Assembly: GCA_047651235.1 (NCBI GenBank)
Contig: CP178758.1
Coordinates: forward strand, 2,250,001-2,282,000
DNA from: Candidatus Electrothrix yaqonensis
GTDB taxonomy: Bacteria; Desulfobacterota; Desulfobulbia; Desulfobulbales; Desulfobulbaceae
Reading direction: 5' to 3'
DNA: 32,000 nucleotides
Numbering within the stretch: position 1 is the first letter of the stretch; each line of letters starts with the position of its first letter. Positions 15,681-23,363 of the stretch are shown here, one piece after another. A model generated the notes under the pieces. It did no database searches. It was not told the DNA's origin and saw nothing but the letters and a program-made list of their open reading frames with translations. Both the position numbers and the translations under genes were made by a program.

Positions 15681-18068
15681 ATGGAAGAATCTCAGCAGAG
15701 GGACAACGGGACCGATGTCTCCTTTCCGGTAGTCGGCATCGGGGCATCGGCCGGAGGGCTGGCTGCCTTGGAAGCGTTTTTCAGCGCTATGCCGCCGGAC
15801 AGCGGTATGGCTTTTGTTGTGGTCCAGCATATCTCTCCCGATTTCAAAAGCCTGATGGATGATCTGCCGGCTCGACATACCGCTATGCCGAGCCACCGCG
15901 TGGAAAACGGAATTATCTTAAAGGCAAATGCAATCTACCTGATTCCGCCGAAATGCGTCATGACCATGGCCGAGGGCTGCCTGTATCTGCAGGAGCGCGT
16001 TACCCAGCACATAGTTCTGCCGGTGGATATTTTTTTTGAGTCCCTGGCCGCAGCAGCAGGGCCGCAGGCCGTCGGAATCATCCTCTCCGGCACCGGTTCC
16101 GACGGCTCGCGGGAAATTCAGGCAATTCATGAGGCGGGTGGACTGGTTCTGGCGCAGACCGTGGAATCGGCGCAGTTTGACGGGATGCCGAGAGCAGCGG
16201 TCTGCACGGGTATATGCGATTACGTCATCACACCGACTGAAATGCCGGGCCTGCTGCTTGACAATCTGGAACTCCTGCCTGAAGAAAAAACACACTCCTG
16301 TTATTATCATGTCCCGCTGATTCCGTCCCGGCCTTCTGCACCTCCGTCAATATCTGCGTCAGTATCCACCCCTGAACCGGCAGTTTTTCTGAATGACCGG
16401 CGGAGTGTCCAAACATTACAGCACCATATTGCGGAGCTGGAGCTGGAACTGCAGACGACCAAAGAGAATCTGCAGGCTACAGTTGAGGAACTGCAGACCA
16501 GTAATGAAGAGCTGCAGGCTACCAACGAAGAACTGCTGGCTTCCAATGAGGACCTCTATACCGTCAATGCGAAGTTTGAACGGAAAAATAATGAACTGCA
16601 GGCCCTGAACCGGGAACATCAGCATCTGCTGGACAGTCTGCTCAGCGGCGTTGTGGTGTATGACCGGAACGCAGGTATTCTGCTGAGCAATCCTGAAGCC
16701 CGCCGTATTTTAGGACTTCCGAAAGAAGAGACTCTGTGGAAATATACCGGTGACACGAACTGGCATTTTACCGACGCACAAGGAGAGAGCCTGCCGGAAG
16801 AAGCCTGCCCGGTAACCCGTATTTTAGGAAGACACGAGACAGTGTCCAATGAGCTGCTTGGGATCAGAAAATCGGACTGCCGTGATGACTTCCATGATAT
16901 CACTTGGGTGTATCTGCACGGCATACCTGTCCGGGGGGATGACGGAGAGACGGACAAGGTGATTATTAATTTTGTTGATGTCACGGATCTGCAGCAGGCA
17001 AAAGAGGCCCTGCATGAAAAGACCGCCCTGCTCAACATGTCGCAGCATATCGGCCTGCTGGGCAGCTGGGTCCTTGATGTCCCGGGTGACCGTCTGGAAT
17101 GGTCGGACGAGACCTACCGTATTTTCGGCTTGGAACCGCAGGAATTCAAGGCCAGTTATGCGGCTTTTCTGGAAAGAGTGCATCCGGAAGACCGCAGCAT
17201 GGTGAACCGGGCGTATACAGATTCCATTCAGCAGGGCGCGGACCGCTATGAAATCGAACACCGCATCATCCGTCTGCACGATAAAGCGGTACGTTTTGTC
17301 CATGAAAAATGCCGGCATCTGCGGGATGCTTCCGGCGGGATTGTCCGTTCGGTGGGCATTGTCCAGGATATTACGGAACGGAAACAGACTGCCCAGGCCC
17401 TGCGGCAGGCCAAGGAAACCGCTGAGCAGGCCAGTCATGCCAAGACCATATTTCTCGCCAATATGAGCCATGAACTGCGAACCCCGCTGAACGGCCTTCT
17501 TGGCTCTGTTCAGGTGCTCAGGCAGAAGCCGAAGTCGGATCAGGAATTCCGGGAAGGACTGGACATTATTGAACAGAGCGGAACCCGCCTGCTGATGCTC
17601 ATCAACGACCTTTTCGATTTTACGGAGCGCAATACCGGGAAGCCTCCTGAGGCGCCGGGACAGGCAGGAGAGATGGAAGAAATAGAGGAGATGGAAGATA
17701 TCAGTCTGCCGGACGGCAGATGGACAGGCAGCCCGGAAGTGCAGGTTCCGCACAGTGCTGTACTGCCATCCCCTGCCTCCTCTGAACCCATTGTTCCGCC
17801 CCCGGCTTCTGATCTGCAGGCCCTGCTGGAGGCAGCGTCCCTCGGCATGATGCATGCAATCCGCAGGCAGGCGTTTCTCCTGGAAGAACAAGATTCCCGA
17901 TACAGCCCGTTTGTCCGCCGTCTGGTGGAGCTTGCAGATACATTTGAAGAAAAGCCGCTGCTGGATTTTCTTAGAAGATATCTGGGCCCGGACAGGCAGA
18001 CAGATAAACAGAGAGCAATGAACAATGAAAGAGAATACACATGCGCCGCCACGGATTCTGATTATTGA
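15681..18068 (+). CDS. CheB-methylesterase-domain / coiled-coil / 2x PAS / HisKA(DHp) protein with no CheR domain and no HATPase_c domain; carries the same C-terminal module as the upstream kinase
   Basis: CheB-type block [20 protein letters not shown]...VVVQH...LSGTGSDG, with Ser/His/Asp positions present. Heptad stretch [29 protein letters not shown] is typical of CheB/CheR-PAS fusions. Two PAS domains. H-box [16 protein letters not shown] (His codon 17469-17471). After the DHp there is only an acidic/Pro-rich linker, then the module at 17787-17987. Confidence 0.8.
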   Translation: MEESQQRDNGTDVSFPVVGIGASAGGLAALEAFFSAMPPDSGMAFVVVQHISPDFKSLMDDLPARHTAMPSHRVENGIILKANAIYLIPPKCVMTMAEGCLYLQERVTQHIVLPVDIFFESLAAAAGPQAVGIILSGTGSDGSREIQAIHEAGGLVLAQTVESAQFDGMPRAAVCTGICDYVITPTEMPGLLLDNLELLPEEKTHSCYYHVPLIPSRPSAPPSISASVSTPEPAVFLNDRRSVQTLQHHIAELELELQTTKENLQATVEELQTSNEELQATNEELLASNEDLYTVNAKFERKNNELQALNREHQHLLDSLLSGVVVYDRNAGILLSNPEARRILGLPKEETLWKYTGDTNWHFTDAQGESLPEEACPVTRILGRHETVSNELLGIRKSDCRDDFHDITWVYLHGIPVRGDDGETDKVIINFVDVTDLQQAKEALHEKTALLNMSQHIGLLGSWVLDVPGDRLEWSDETYRIFGLEPQEFKASYAAFLERVHPEDRSMVNRAYTDSIQQGADRYEIEHRIIRLHDKAVRFVHEKCRHLRDASGGIVRSVGIVQDITERKQTAQALRQAKETAEQASHAKTIFLANMSHELRTPLNGLLGSVQVLRQKPKSDQEFREGLDIIEQSGTRLLMLINDLFDFTERNTGKPPEAPGQAGEMEEIEEMEDISLPDGRWTGSPEVQVPHSAVLPSPASSEPIVPPPASDLQALLEAASLGMMHAIRRQAFLLEEQDSRYSPFVRRLVELADTFEEKPLLDFLRRYLGPDRQTDKQRAMNNEREYTCAATDSDY

Positions 18069-19698
18069 TGATAACAAAATTAATCTGACGGTTCTGACAG
18101 ATTATCTGGAAGGAAGTCATATTCAGACCATGACCGCGCTCAACGGCATGAACGGCCTGGAAAAAGCCCGGCGCGGTCAGCCTGACCTGATTCTTCTTGA
18201 TGTCATGATGCCGGATATGGACGGCTTTGCAACCTGCCGCCGCCTGAAAGCTGACCCGCTGACTGCGGATATCCCGGTAATTTTTGTTACAGCCCTGCAC
18301 AGTGTAGAGGATAAGGTCACCGGATTCAATGCAGGCGGGGTGGATTATCTGACCAAACCTTTCCAGATGGAGGAGGTCCGCGCCAGGGTGTTGACCCATA
18401 TCCGGCTGAGCCGGGCAAAGAAACAGCTGCACCGGGAAATCGCCGAACGGAAACGGGCTGAAGAGGAACTCCGGCAGGCAAAAGAGGCGGCAGAATCCGC
18501 CACCCGGACGAAATCCGCCTTTCTCGCCAATATGAGCCATGAGATCCGGACGCCCATGAATGTGATCATCGGCATGAACAGACTGATCCGGGAAACCGAA
18601 CTGACCCCGCAGCAGCGGGAATATGCCGAGATGGTGTGCCATTCTTCAGAAATCCTGTTGTCGCTTATTGAAGATATTCTAGATTTTTCCAAAATCGAAG
18701 CCGGAAGACTCGATCTGGAATCTGTTGATTTTGATATCAGAGAGCTGGTCACCGGAACAGCCGGAATGCTGGAGATGAAGGCAGCCGAAAAAGGGCTTTC
18801 CCTGTCCTGCCGGATTGCGGAGAATGTTCCCTGCTTTCTCAAAGGCGACCCCACCCGCCTCCGCCAGGTGATCATGAATCTGGTCAATAATGCGGTCAAA
18901 TTTACAGAACAGGGAGAAATCAGCATTGAGGTTTTTCTGGAGCAGGAAACAGATCAGCAGGTCACGCTTGGTTTTTCGGTTGCAGATACCGGCATCGGTA
19001 TTCCTGCTGACCGGCTCAGGGATCTGTTCAAACCGTTTTCCCAGGTTGATGCATCCACAACCCGGAAATACGGAGGAACGGGGCTTGGGCTTGTGATTTC
19101 GTCCGCTATCATCGGTATGATGGACGGCAGCATCAGCGTGGAGAGCGAACCCGGAAAAGGATCGACTTTTTCCTGTACAGCCTGTTTTGACAAAGCAGAG
19201 CCGGAGCCGGAAGAAACAGCGGGTCCATCGGATTTATCGGATGAATCGGTTGCCGGGAAAAAGGAGGGAGACTGTGCTGCAGTCCTTGCCGGTCTTCGAG
19301 TTCTGCTGGCTGAAGACAACCTGTTCAATCAGAAGCTGGCTCAGATTATTCTGGAAAAATCCGAAATACGGGTGGAAACCGCTGTCAACGGCAAAGAAGC
19401 GGTTGAAGCTGTGCGCAAAGGCAGGTATGATTTTGTCCTGATGGACGTGCAGATGCCGGTCATGGACGGCCTGGAGGCCGCAAGAACACTCCGGAAAGAA
19501 CAGATCCGGATTCCCATTATTGCCCTGACGGCGAACGCAACCGCAAAAGACCGGTCCGACTGCTTAGATGCCGGAATGGATGACTATATTTCCAAGCCGG
19601 TTGATGAAGAAAAACTGCAGGATGTCATCTGCAGGCAGATGAACAGGCAGGGGGCGTGCAGAACACTCGGTCGGGAAAAAACTGTACAGATTTTTTGA
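18025..19698 (+). CDS. Hybrid two-component protein: REC, coiled coil, HisKA, HATPase_c, REC
   Basis: [12 protein letters not shown]...[14 protein letters not shown]...TKPF (REC). [14 protein letters not shown] (H-box). [27 protein letters not shown] (ATPase). [12 protein letters not shown]...[14 protein letters not shown]...SKPV (second REC). It overlaps the upstream stop by 44 nt. Confidence 0.85.
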   Translation: MKENTHAPPRILIIDDNKINLTVLTDYLEGSHIQTMTALNGMNGLEKARRGQPDLILLDVMMPDMDGFATCRRLKADPLTADIPVIFVTALHSVEDKVTGFNAGGVDYLTKPFQMEEVRARVLTHIRLSRAKKQLHREIAERKRAEEELRQAKEAAESATRTKSAFLANMSHEIRTPMNVIIGMNRLIRETELTPQQREYAEMVCHSSEILLSLIEDILDFSKIEAGRLDLESVDFDIRELVTGTAGMLEMKAAEKGLSLSCRIAENVPCFLKGDPTRLRQVIMNLVNNAVKFTEQGEISIEVFLEQETDQQVTLGFSVADTGIGIPADRLRDLFKPFSQVDASTTRKYGGTGLGLVISSAIIGMMDGSISVESEPGKGSTFSCTACFDKAEPEPEETAGPSDLSDESVAGKKEGDCAAVLAGLRVLLAEDNLFNQKLAQIILEKSEIRVETAVNGKEAVEAVRKGRYDFVLMDVQMPVMDGLEAARTLRKEQIRIPIIALTANATAKDRSDCLDAGMDDYISKPVDEEKLQDVICRQMNRQGACRTLGREKTVQIF

Positions 19699-19816
19699 AA
19701 CATGGTATGAAATGTGGTAGAAATAATATTGAGTCCTGATCTGTTGGGTGCACTATTTGACTGCGGGAAACGCTCAGTAACCGTGTTCTTCAGAAATTTT
19801 TGACCGGGGGATGCAG

Positions 19817-19835
19817 CAGGAATCCTGTTTTTTTT
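19817..19835 (+). terminator. Weak candidate intrinsic terminator downstream of the hybrid kinase
   Basis: CAGG-aat-CCTG (extendable with A-T and G-T pairs) is followed by T8 (19828-19835). The stem is short. Confidence 0.3.
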
Positions 19836-19923
19836 CCTGAGAACCAGCCGGGATAAAAGAAAAAAATAATTTTCTGCTGAAGATAAAATAAAAAAAATTT
19901 TACAACGCGCAAAAAAATCGTTA

Positions 19924-19932
19924 TGGTATAAG
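19924..19932 (+). promoter_or_regulatory. Candidate extended -10 promoter element (TGgTATAAG) for the small secreted-protein gene
   Basis: TG at 19924-19925 and TATAAG at 19927-19932, ~48 nt upstream of ATG 19980, in an A/T-tract-rich region. SD AAAGGAGGAAG follows. No good -35 element. Confidence 0.35.
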
Positions 19933-19979
19933 AGAAAGCTGTTGGGTACTTTTTAATCTCATTAAAAGGAGGAAGAAAA

Positions 19980-20318
19980 ATGTTGCAAAAGGCTAAAATA
20001 GGCGCAATTGCTCTGATCGCTTCTGCTGCCATCATCGGCTCCGCACAGGCTCAGTCTATCACCATTCCCGTGCCAACAAGCGATCCGTCAATCGGAGGCG
20101 TCGTAACAGGGGTCAGAGGTGAAATGCCGGTAAGGGAGATCATGAACACCAAGCGGGCTCAGGTGATCGTTGAACAGGCCGGGAAAATGCCCTTGCTAGA
20201 TCAGGTTATGGTCCAGATGATGGACATGATGAAAAACAGGATAATGCAGACCCAGATGGATGCACTGAAGAATCCGGATGGCGGCATTCCCGGAGCAATT
20301 GCACCTCCTATGTTCTAA
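19980..20318 (+). CDS. Small secreted Met-rich protein, unknown family (paralogue 1)
   Basis: Signal peptide MLQKAKIGAIALIASAAIIGSAQA. The mature 88 aa contain 11 Met (QVMVQMMDMMKNRIMQTQMD). Strong SD. Shares the N-terminal IPxPTxDPxI..VV motif and the C-terminal NPD..P..IAPxF motif with 20562..20942. Confidence 0.65.
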   Translation: MLQKAKIGAIALIASAAIIGSAQAQSITIPVPTSDPSIGGVVTGVRGEMPVREIMNTKRAQVIVEQAGKMPLLDQVMVQMMDMMKNRIMQTQMDALKNPDGGIPGAIAPPMF

Positions 20319-20561
20319 CCGGAAAACTGTTGTTTTGGAGGAAGACGTGTTGTCTTACCGGCTTCCTCCGGAGTTGCTGCAGGTTTGTATTCCACTGGAG
20401 AGGGCTTTTCCGGCCCTCATCAATCTGCCTCTCTTTTATATTTTTCGGACTGATGAGGAAAAAAGAACTGGCAGTTTTTTGTTGAAGAAAAGGGATAGTT
20501 AGATTTTTTATCCCGGTGAACAATGAAAATCCGCATAATATATACTCAAGAGAGGTGTGAT

Positions 20562-20942
20562 ATGTTTCTCTCATTAAAAGCATCTGTCAGCTTCGTGTTG
20601 TTTTTCGTTCTGGCGACCTTTGTATCCGCTGCACAGGCAGAAACTATGGATATTCCTCTTCCGACCGAGGATCCGGCTATCCAGAATGTTGTGGGATCAG
20701 TCAAGACCGGCGTTGATGTTAAAAGTGTCATGGTGGAGATACGGGACAGAATTAAAGCACAGCAGGTAAAAGGGGCGCCCTTGATGCGCCTTGTAGGTGA
20801 CGGAATAAGTGAAGTGGTCAGTGCCCGGGTACGGGAAGTGACCCGTACCGAGACCAGAAAAGCGCAGATGGCTTCGATGATGGACCCGAACAATCCGGAT
20901 GCTGTACCGGATATGATAGCGCCGAAGTTTGAGTTTGAGTAA
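20562..20942 (+). CDS. Small secreted protein, unknown family (paralogue 2)
   Basis: Start moved to ATG 20562 (GAGAGG SD 6 nt upstream). Signal peptide MFLSLKASVSFVLFFVLATFVSAAQA. Motifs MDIPLPTEDPAIQNVVGSV and NPDAVPDMIAPKFEFE are shared with paralogue 1. A strong terminator follows. Confidence 0.65.
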   Translation: MFLSLKASVSFVLFFVLATFVSAAQAETMDIPLPTEDPAIQNVVGSVKTGVDVKSVMVEIRDRIKAQQVKGAPLMRLVGDGISEVVSARVREVTRTETRKAQMASMMDPNNPDAVPDMIAPKFEFE

Positions 20943-20978
20943 TACGACTGGCTGCAACCAGCGCCAAAAATAGATAAA

Positions 20979-21016
20979 ACTCCCGTAGCTGAATCAGCTG
21001 CGGGAGTTTTTTTATT
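20979..21016 (+). terminator. Rho-independent terminator
   Basis: 13-bp stem ACTCCCGTAGCTG / CAGCTGCGGGAGT (one G-T pair), loop AAT, then TTTTTTATT. Confidence 0.85.
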
Positions 21017-21150
21017 GTATCATAAAGAAGATCGAGCTGGACGAGTTAAAAAATATTGATATACTGCCAACCGGAATAAACTGCGCTTTTGAAAAACAGA
21101 TTACCTTCATCACCAAAACAAAAGATATATCCCTGCTCGGAGAAATACAG

Positions 21151-21185
21151 CCCTTTGGACAAGAAAAGGCGTTTTGTCCAAAGGG
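21151..21185. terminator. Perfect 12-bp inverted repeat (CCCTTTGGACAA-11 nt-TTGTCCAAAGGG), possible terminator for the convergent csp gene
   Basis: Read directly. It lies ~60 nt downstream of the csp stop on the minus strand. The U-tract is poor on either strand. Confidence 0.35.
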
Positions 21186-21247
21186 TAGAATTCCCCGCTT
21201 TTCCTTTTTTTTACGGACGAAGGGCAATCCTATACTAGGATAGGGGA

Positions 21248-21448
21248 TTACAGGGCAACAACATTATCCGCCGCCGGCCCCTTAGGCCCGTCAACGATAT
21301 CAAAACTTACCCGTTGACCTTCCTGCAGACTCTTGTACCCTTGGGATTGAATAGCTGAGTGATGAACAAAAACATCCTCACCGCCATCCTGCTCAATAAA
21401 TCCAAACCCCTTAGAATCGTTAAACCACTTTACGGTTCCTTCTGCCAT
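21248..21448 (-). CDS. cspA: Cold-shock protein (CspA family, 66 aa)
   Basis: [34 protein letters not shown] contains the RNP1/RNP2 motifs KGFGFI and VFVHH. Confidence 0.95.
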   Translation of the reverse strand: MAEGTVKWFNDSKGFGFIEQDGGEDVFVHHSAIQSQGYKSLQEGQRVSFDIVDGPKGPAADNVVAL

Positions 21449-21682
21449 TTTCTCATACTCCTGTATAGCTTGATTTCTCTATGAAATCTTTATGTAAATA
21501 CGGATTACACCTTTTGAAATCCGTTGTGCAGACCAACCCATGCGGCCTGCGGGTTCTTTTCTTTATTTTGCGGAAAGCCTAGGATGACCTCAGGCTTTCC
21601 CCGGTTTCCTGGACGTTCAGTTTTGTTTTCGTCGGAGAGCAGCACCGCTATTTCTTATGAATGAAGTGAGCTCGCGGTAGGC

Positions 21683-21949
21683 TTATCGATGACGATATTT
21701 TTTTTTCTTCGTCGGTTTAGACTCGTTGCAGACAAGGTCACGGTGCTTATATCTTTTTCCGTTCAGATCTTCCATAGCCTTATGGCCTTCGCTTCTGGTC
21801 GCCATTTCCACAAAAGCAAAACCTTTTGGTCGGCCTGTAAATTGATCCTTGATGAGATTTGTGCTGACAACACTCCCGTACTGGCCGAACATGTCGGTTA
21901 ATTCATTTTCAGTAGTATTATGGGGAAGACTGCCGATAAAAAGTTTCAT
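21683..21949 (-). CDS. RRM-type (RNP-1) RNA-binding protein, 88 aa
   Basis: MKLFIGSLPHNTTENELTDMFGQYG...KGFAFVEM carries RNP2 LFIGSL and RNP1 KGFAFVEM. Start moved to the MKL codon preceded by AGGAGAAG. Confidence 0.85.
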   Translation of the reverse strand: MKLFIGSLPHNTTENELTDMFGQYGSVVSTNLIKDQFTGRPKGFAFVEMATRSEGHKAMEDLNGKRYKHRDLVCNESKPTKKKKYRHR

Positions 21950-22419
21950 ACTGCTTCTCCTGAAAAGATGTATCTCGTCTAAAACCAACAAGTAGTTAGT
22001 GTATGTAAAGAAGGTTACGAGAGAGTAAGTACGTATTGCGCGATACATACAAAAGCCATCAAAGATAGTTAAAGCAGAAACTTTAAGAGCACCAAAGGTT
22101 GGACTGGATTCACCATGACGACGGTGAAGCGGCGTAAAGAAAAGAAAATGCTAAAAAATATCAATTTATAGTTAAACAAGATAATACTCTTATTGTTATT
22201 AATTGCAATAAATAAATTCAGGAAAACAGTTTATGATCAACTTTACGAGGTAATTCCGGTACCGGTTTAGTTTTGTTTTTTTGCAGAAACAAATTGTTAG
22301 TCTTGGGCAAACTTGTTCCCGCTTTAAAGATCGGGTACACTTCACTTACAGATCCTTGCTGCATTACCGCAGCATCTCTCCTCCTTCCACCTACGAACCG
22401 GATTATCTAACTCTTCGAT

Positions 22420-22449
22420 ATCCTGCCAAATGAGAGCGGGCGGCAGGAT
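22420..22449. other. 8-bp inverted repeat ATCCTGCC-14 nt-GGCAGGAT abutting the stop codon of the minus-strand membrane-protein gene
   Basis: Read directly. The T-rich tail (tgtttattcattttt) is on the plus strand only, so the terminator assignment is ambiguous. Confidence 0.3.
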
Positions 22450-22452
22450 TGT

Positions 22453-22977
22453 TTATTCATTTTTGGCCTTGTTTTCGGGGTCACTGGAGGAGTCGCGTTT
22501 TTTGTTTGAACCGGTTGCTTTACCTGTGGTTGTTTTAATGAGAGAGGGAACAAAGCGTTCACTGAATCCGGCGATAAAGGACCAGAAAAGCAGCTTGCCC
22601 ATGCTGATACTGCTGTCCGGAAGTGTATACTGGAACCAATCGCGGATGCTCTTTTTTAAAGCTGCATGAGAATCTGGGTCGAATTTAACTTCATAGAAAT
22701 CAGGGAACAGTTCTCCTTGTACTAAACCGGAAAGAAACATCAGCATTAGCACAACAGCAAATATTCCTCCGTTAATGGATATTATTAACATAGAGGACCA
22801 TGAGTTTGATAAGAGTTTCAGTTCATCATATGTCATAGAAGGGAGACGCTGCTGGATACTGACAAAACCGCCGATCAGTCCTATCATAAATACAATGAGA
22901 ACTAAAAATCCGTCTTTTACCGATTCCTCTCCTGTCTCATAGGCTCGAGTAAAAAGGAGAATCACCAGAATCATCAC
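22453..22977 (-). CDS. AT-rich hypothetical membrane protein (about 4 TM); N-terminus unresolved
   Basis: Hydrophobic segments ILVILLF, FLVLIVFMIGLIGGFV, MLIISINGGIFAVVLMLMFLSGLV, LLFWSFIAGF. The frame stays open upstream to 23085 and encodes RRKYLQIVTKKLIIFTLIP. A strong in-frame SD-like AAGGAGGA lies at 23063-23070 (minus strand) but has no ATG/GTG/TTG nearby. Confidence 0.5.
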   Translation of the reverse strand: MMILVILLFTRAYETGEESVKDGFLVLIVFMIGLIGGFVSIQQRLPSMTYDELKLLSNSWSSMLIISINGGIFAVVLMLMFLSGLVQGELFPDFYEVKFDPDSHAALKKSIRDWFQYTLPDSSISMGKLLFWSFIAGFSERFVPSLIKTTTGKATGSNKKRDSSSDPENKAKNE

Positions 22978-23142
22978 CGGAATTAGAGTGAATATAATCA
23001 GTTTTTTGGTAACTATTTGTAGGTATTTACGCCGTTCACTATGTTGATTATTGTTCGTCTTATCCTCCTTTATTATTTCATTATTTTACTCCTTTTTAGA
23101 TTCTATCATAAAAGGATAATGAATACCAAGAGAAAATATTTT

Positions 23143-23363
23143 TCAAATTTTCCCCATCTTCTTCAGATGCACCTGCAGCACGGAAACCGCTGCGGGTGTG
23201 ACCCCGGAAATCCGGGATGCCTGGCCCAGTGACAGCGGTCTGACCCGGTTGAGTTTTTCCACCACCTCGTTAGACAGCCCGGGCAGGCCGGTATACTGCA
23301 TATCCTCCGGCAGCCGGGTCTGTTCCAATTTCCTGAAGCGCTCGACCTGCTCCTGCTGGCGTC
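23143..23363. repeat. Right copy of the ~220-bp direct repeat (partner 7331-7551); forms the functional 3' end of mnmG
   Basis: Same alignment as the left copy: 19 mismatches in 200 nt, no gaps. Confidence 0.9.

Noticed and set aside
16824-18077. 417-aa minus-strand ORF (and 17971..18642, 223 aa)
   Set aside because: These are antisense shadows of the CheB-PAS kinase and the hybrid kinase. No motifs and no RBS.
19922-19936. Sigma-54 type GG-N10-GC promoter upstream of the secreted-protein gene (also tggggacaatatatattgc near 15607-15625)
   Set aside because: GG to GC spacing is off by one in both cases. No sigma-54 activator (NtrC-type AAA+) is encoded in the window.
20278-20502. 74-aa ORF starting at ATG 20278
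   Set aside because: The first 13 codons overlap the 3' end of the secreted-protein gene in another frame. Only the GTG-20347 version with an SD-like motif is retained, as a low-confidence observation.
20516-20546. Sigma-70 promoter for the second secreted-protein gene (gtgaac ... cataatatatact)
   Set aside because: Several overlapping -10-like hexamers occur in AT-rich sequence, but the -35 is poor (3/6) and the spacing is ambiguous. This is not strong enough to list as a feature.
20989-21241. 84-codon open frame on the plus strand without any start codon (…IKKIELDELKNIDILPTGINCAFEKQITFITKTKDISLLGE…) and overlapping minus-strand ORF 21012..21227
   Set aside because: There is no start or RBS for the plus frame, which begins inside the terminator hairpin. 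The minus ORF has no RBS and spans the 12-bp palindrome. It could be a gene remnant, but I cannot support either reading.
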